A DNA stretch of 64,000 nt from Octopus vulgaris (Eukaryota): positions 68,324,001-68,388,000 of the forward strand of contig OX597825.1 in assembly GCA_951406725.2 (NCBI GenBank), given 5' to 3'. Positions 63,852 through 64,000 of the stretch are shown here, in pieces. The number at the start of each line of letters is the position of its first letter. The stretch's first letter is position 1. The position numbers and the translations under genes were made by a program. The notes under the pieces were generated by a model. That model searched no databases. It was not told the origin of the DNA and saw nothing but the letters and a program-made list of their open reading frames with translations.

Positions 63852-64000
63852 TCCTACCAAAATTCCTACTATAAATTCTTCCCATGACCTTAAACGATTC
63901 TAAGCTCAACCACACACATAGCTAAAAACAGCCACAACCACACACACACACACACACACACACAGACTTGCACGCATGCACATACCCACACATAACTCCT

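Overview
AT-rich eukaryotic genomic DNA crowded with tRNA-derived SINEs, RTE/CR1-like LINE fragments, mariner remnants, MITEs and microsatellites. The repeat content points to an octopus (inference). Genes were reconstructed by hand from splice sites and translation. (1) The 3' part of ZFR (zinc finger RNA-binding protein, DZF family; + strand): 14 coding exons at 1634-18718 and a ~2.6 kb 3' UTR; its 5' part lies outside the window. (2) A complete, convergent spermidine synthase gene SRM (- strand): 8 coding exons at 51010-22813, 288 aa, with a probable non-coding first exon and an NRF1-type promoter near 51.3 kb. (3) The probable last exon and 3' UTR of an unidentified - strand gene (63430 to ~60820). 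The most interesting signals are: a 25-nt exact hairpin motif present twice in the ZFR 3' UTR; candidate poison exons and RNA duplexes in two repeat-poor ZFR introns, possibly an autoregulatory module; a 28S rRNA 3'-end fragment fused to a SINE inside one target-site duplication; a SINE family that repeatedly inserts into itself at one site; a degenerate Penelope-type hammerhead and a related 205-nt fold-back beside the last SRM exon; and a PHD-like finger inside the RT domain of the RTE-like copies. Nothing was computed or searched. Repeat boundaries are approximate, and homology calls rest on remembered sequences.
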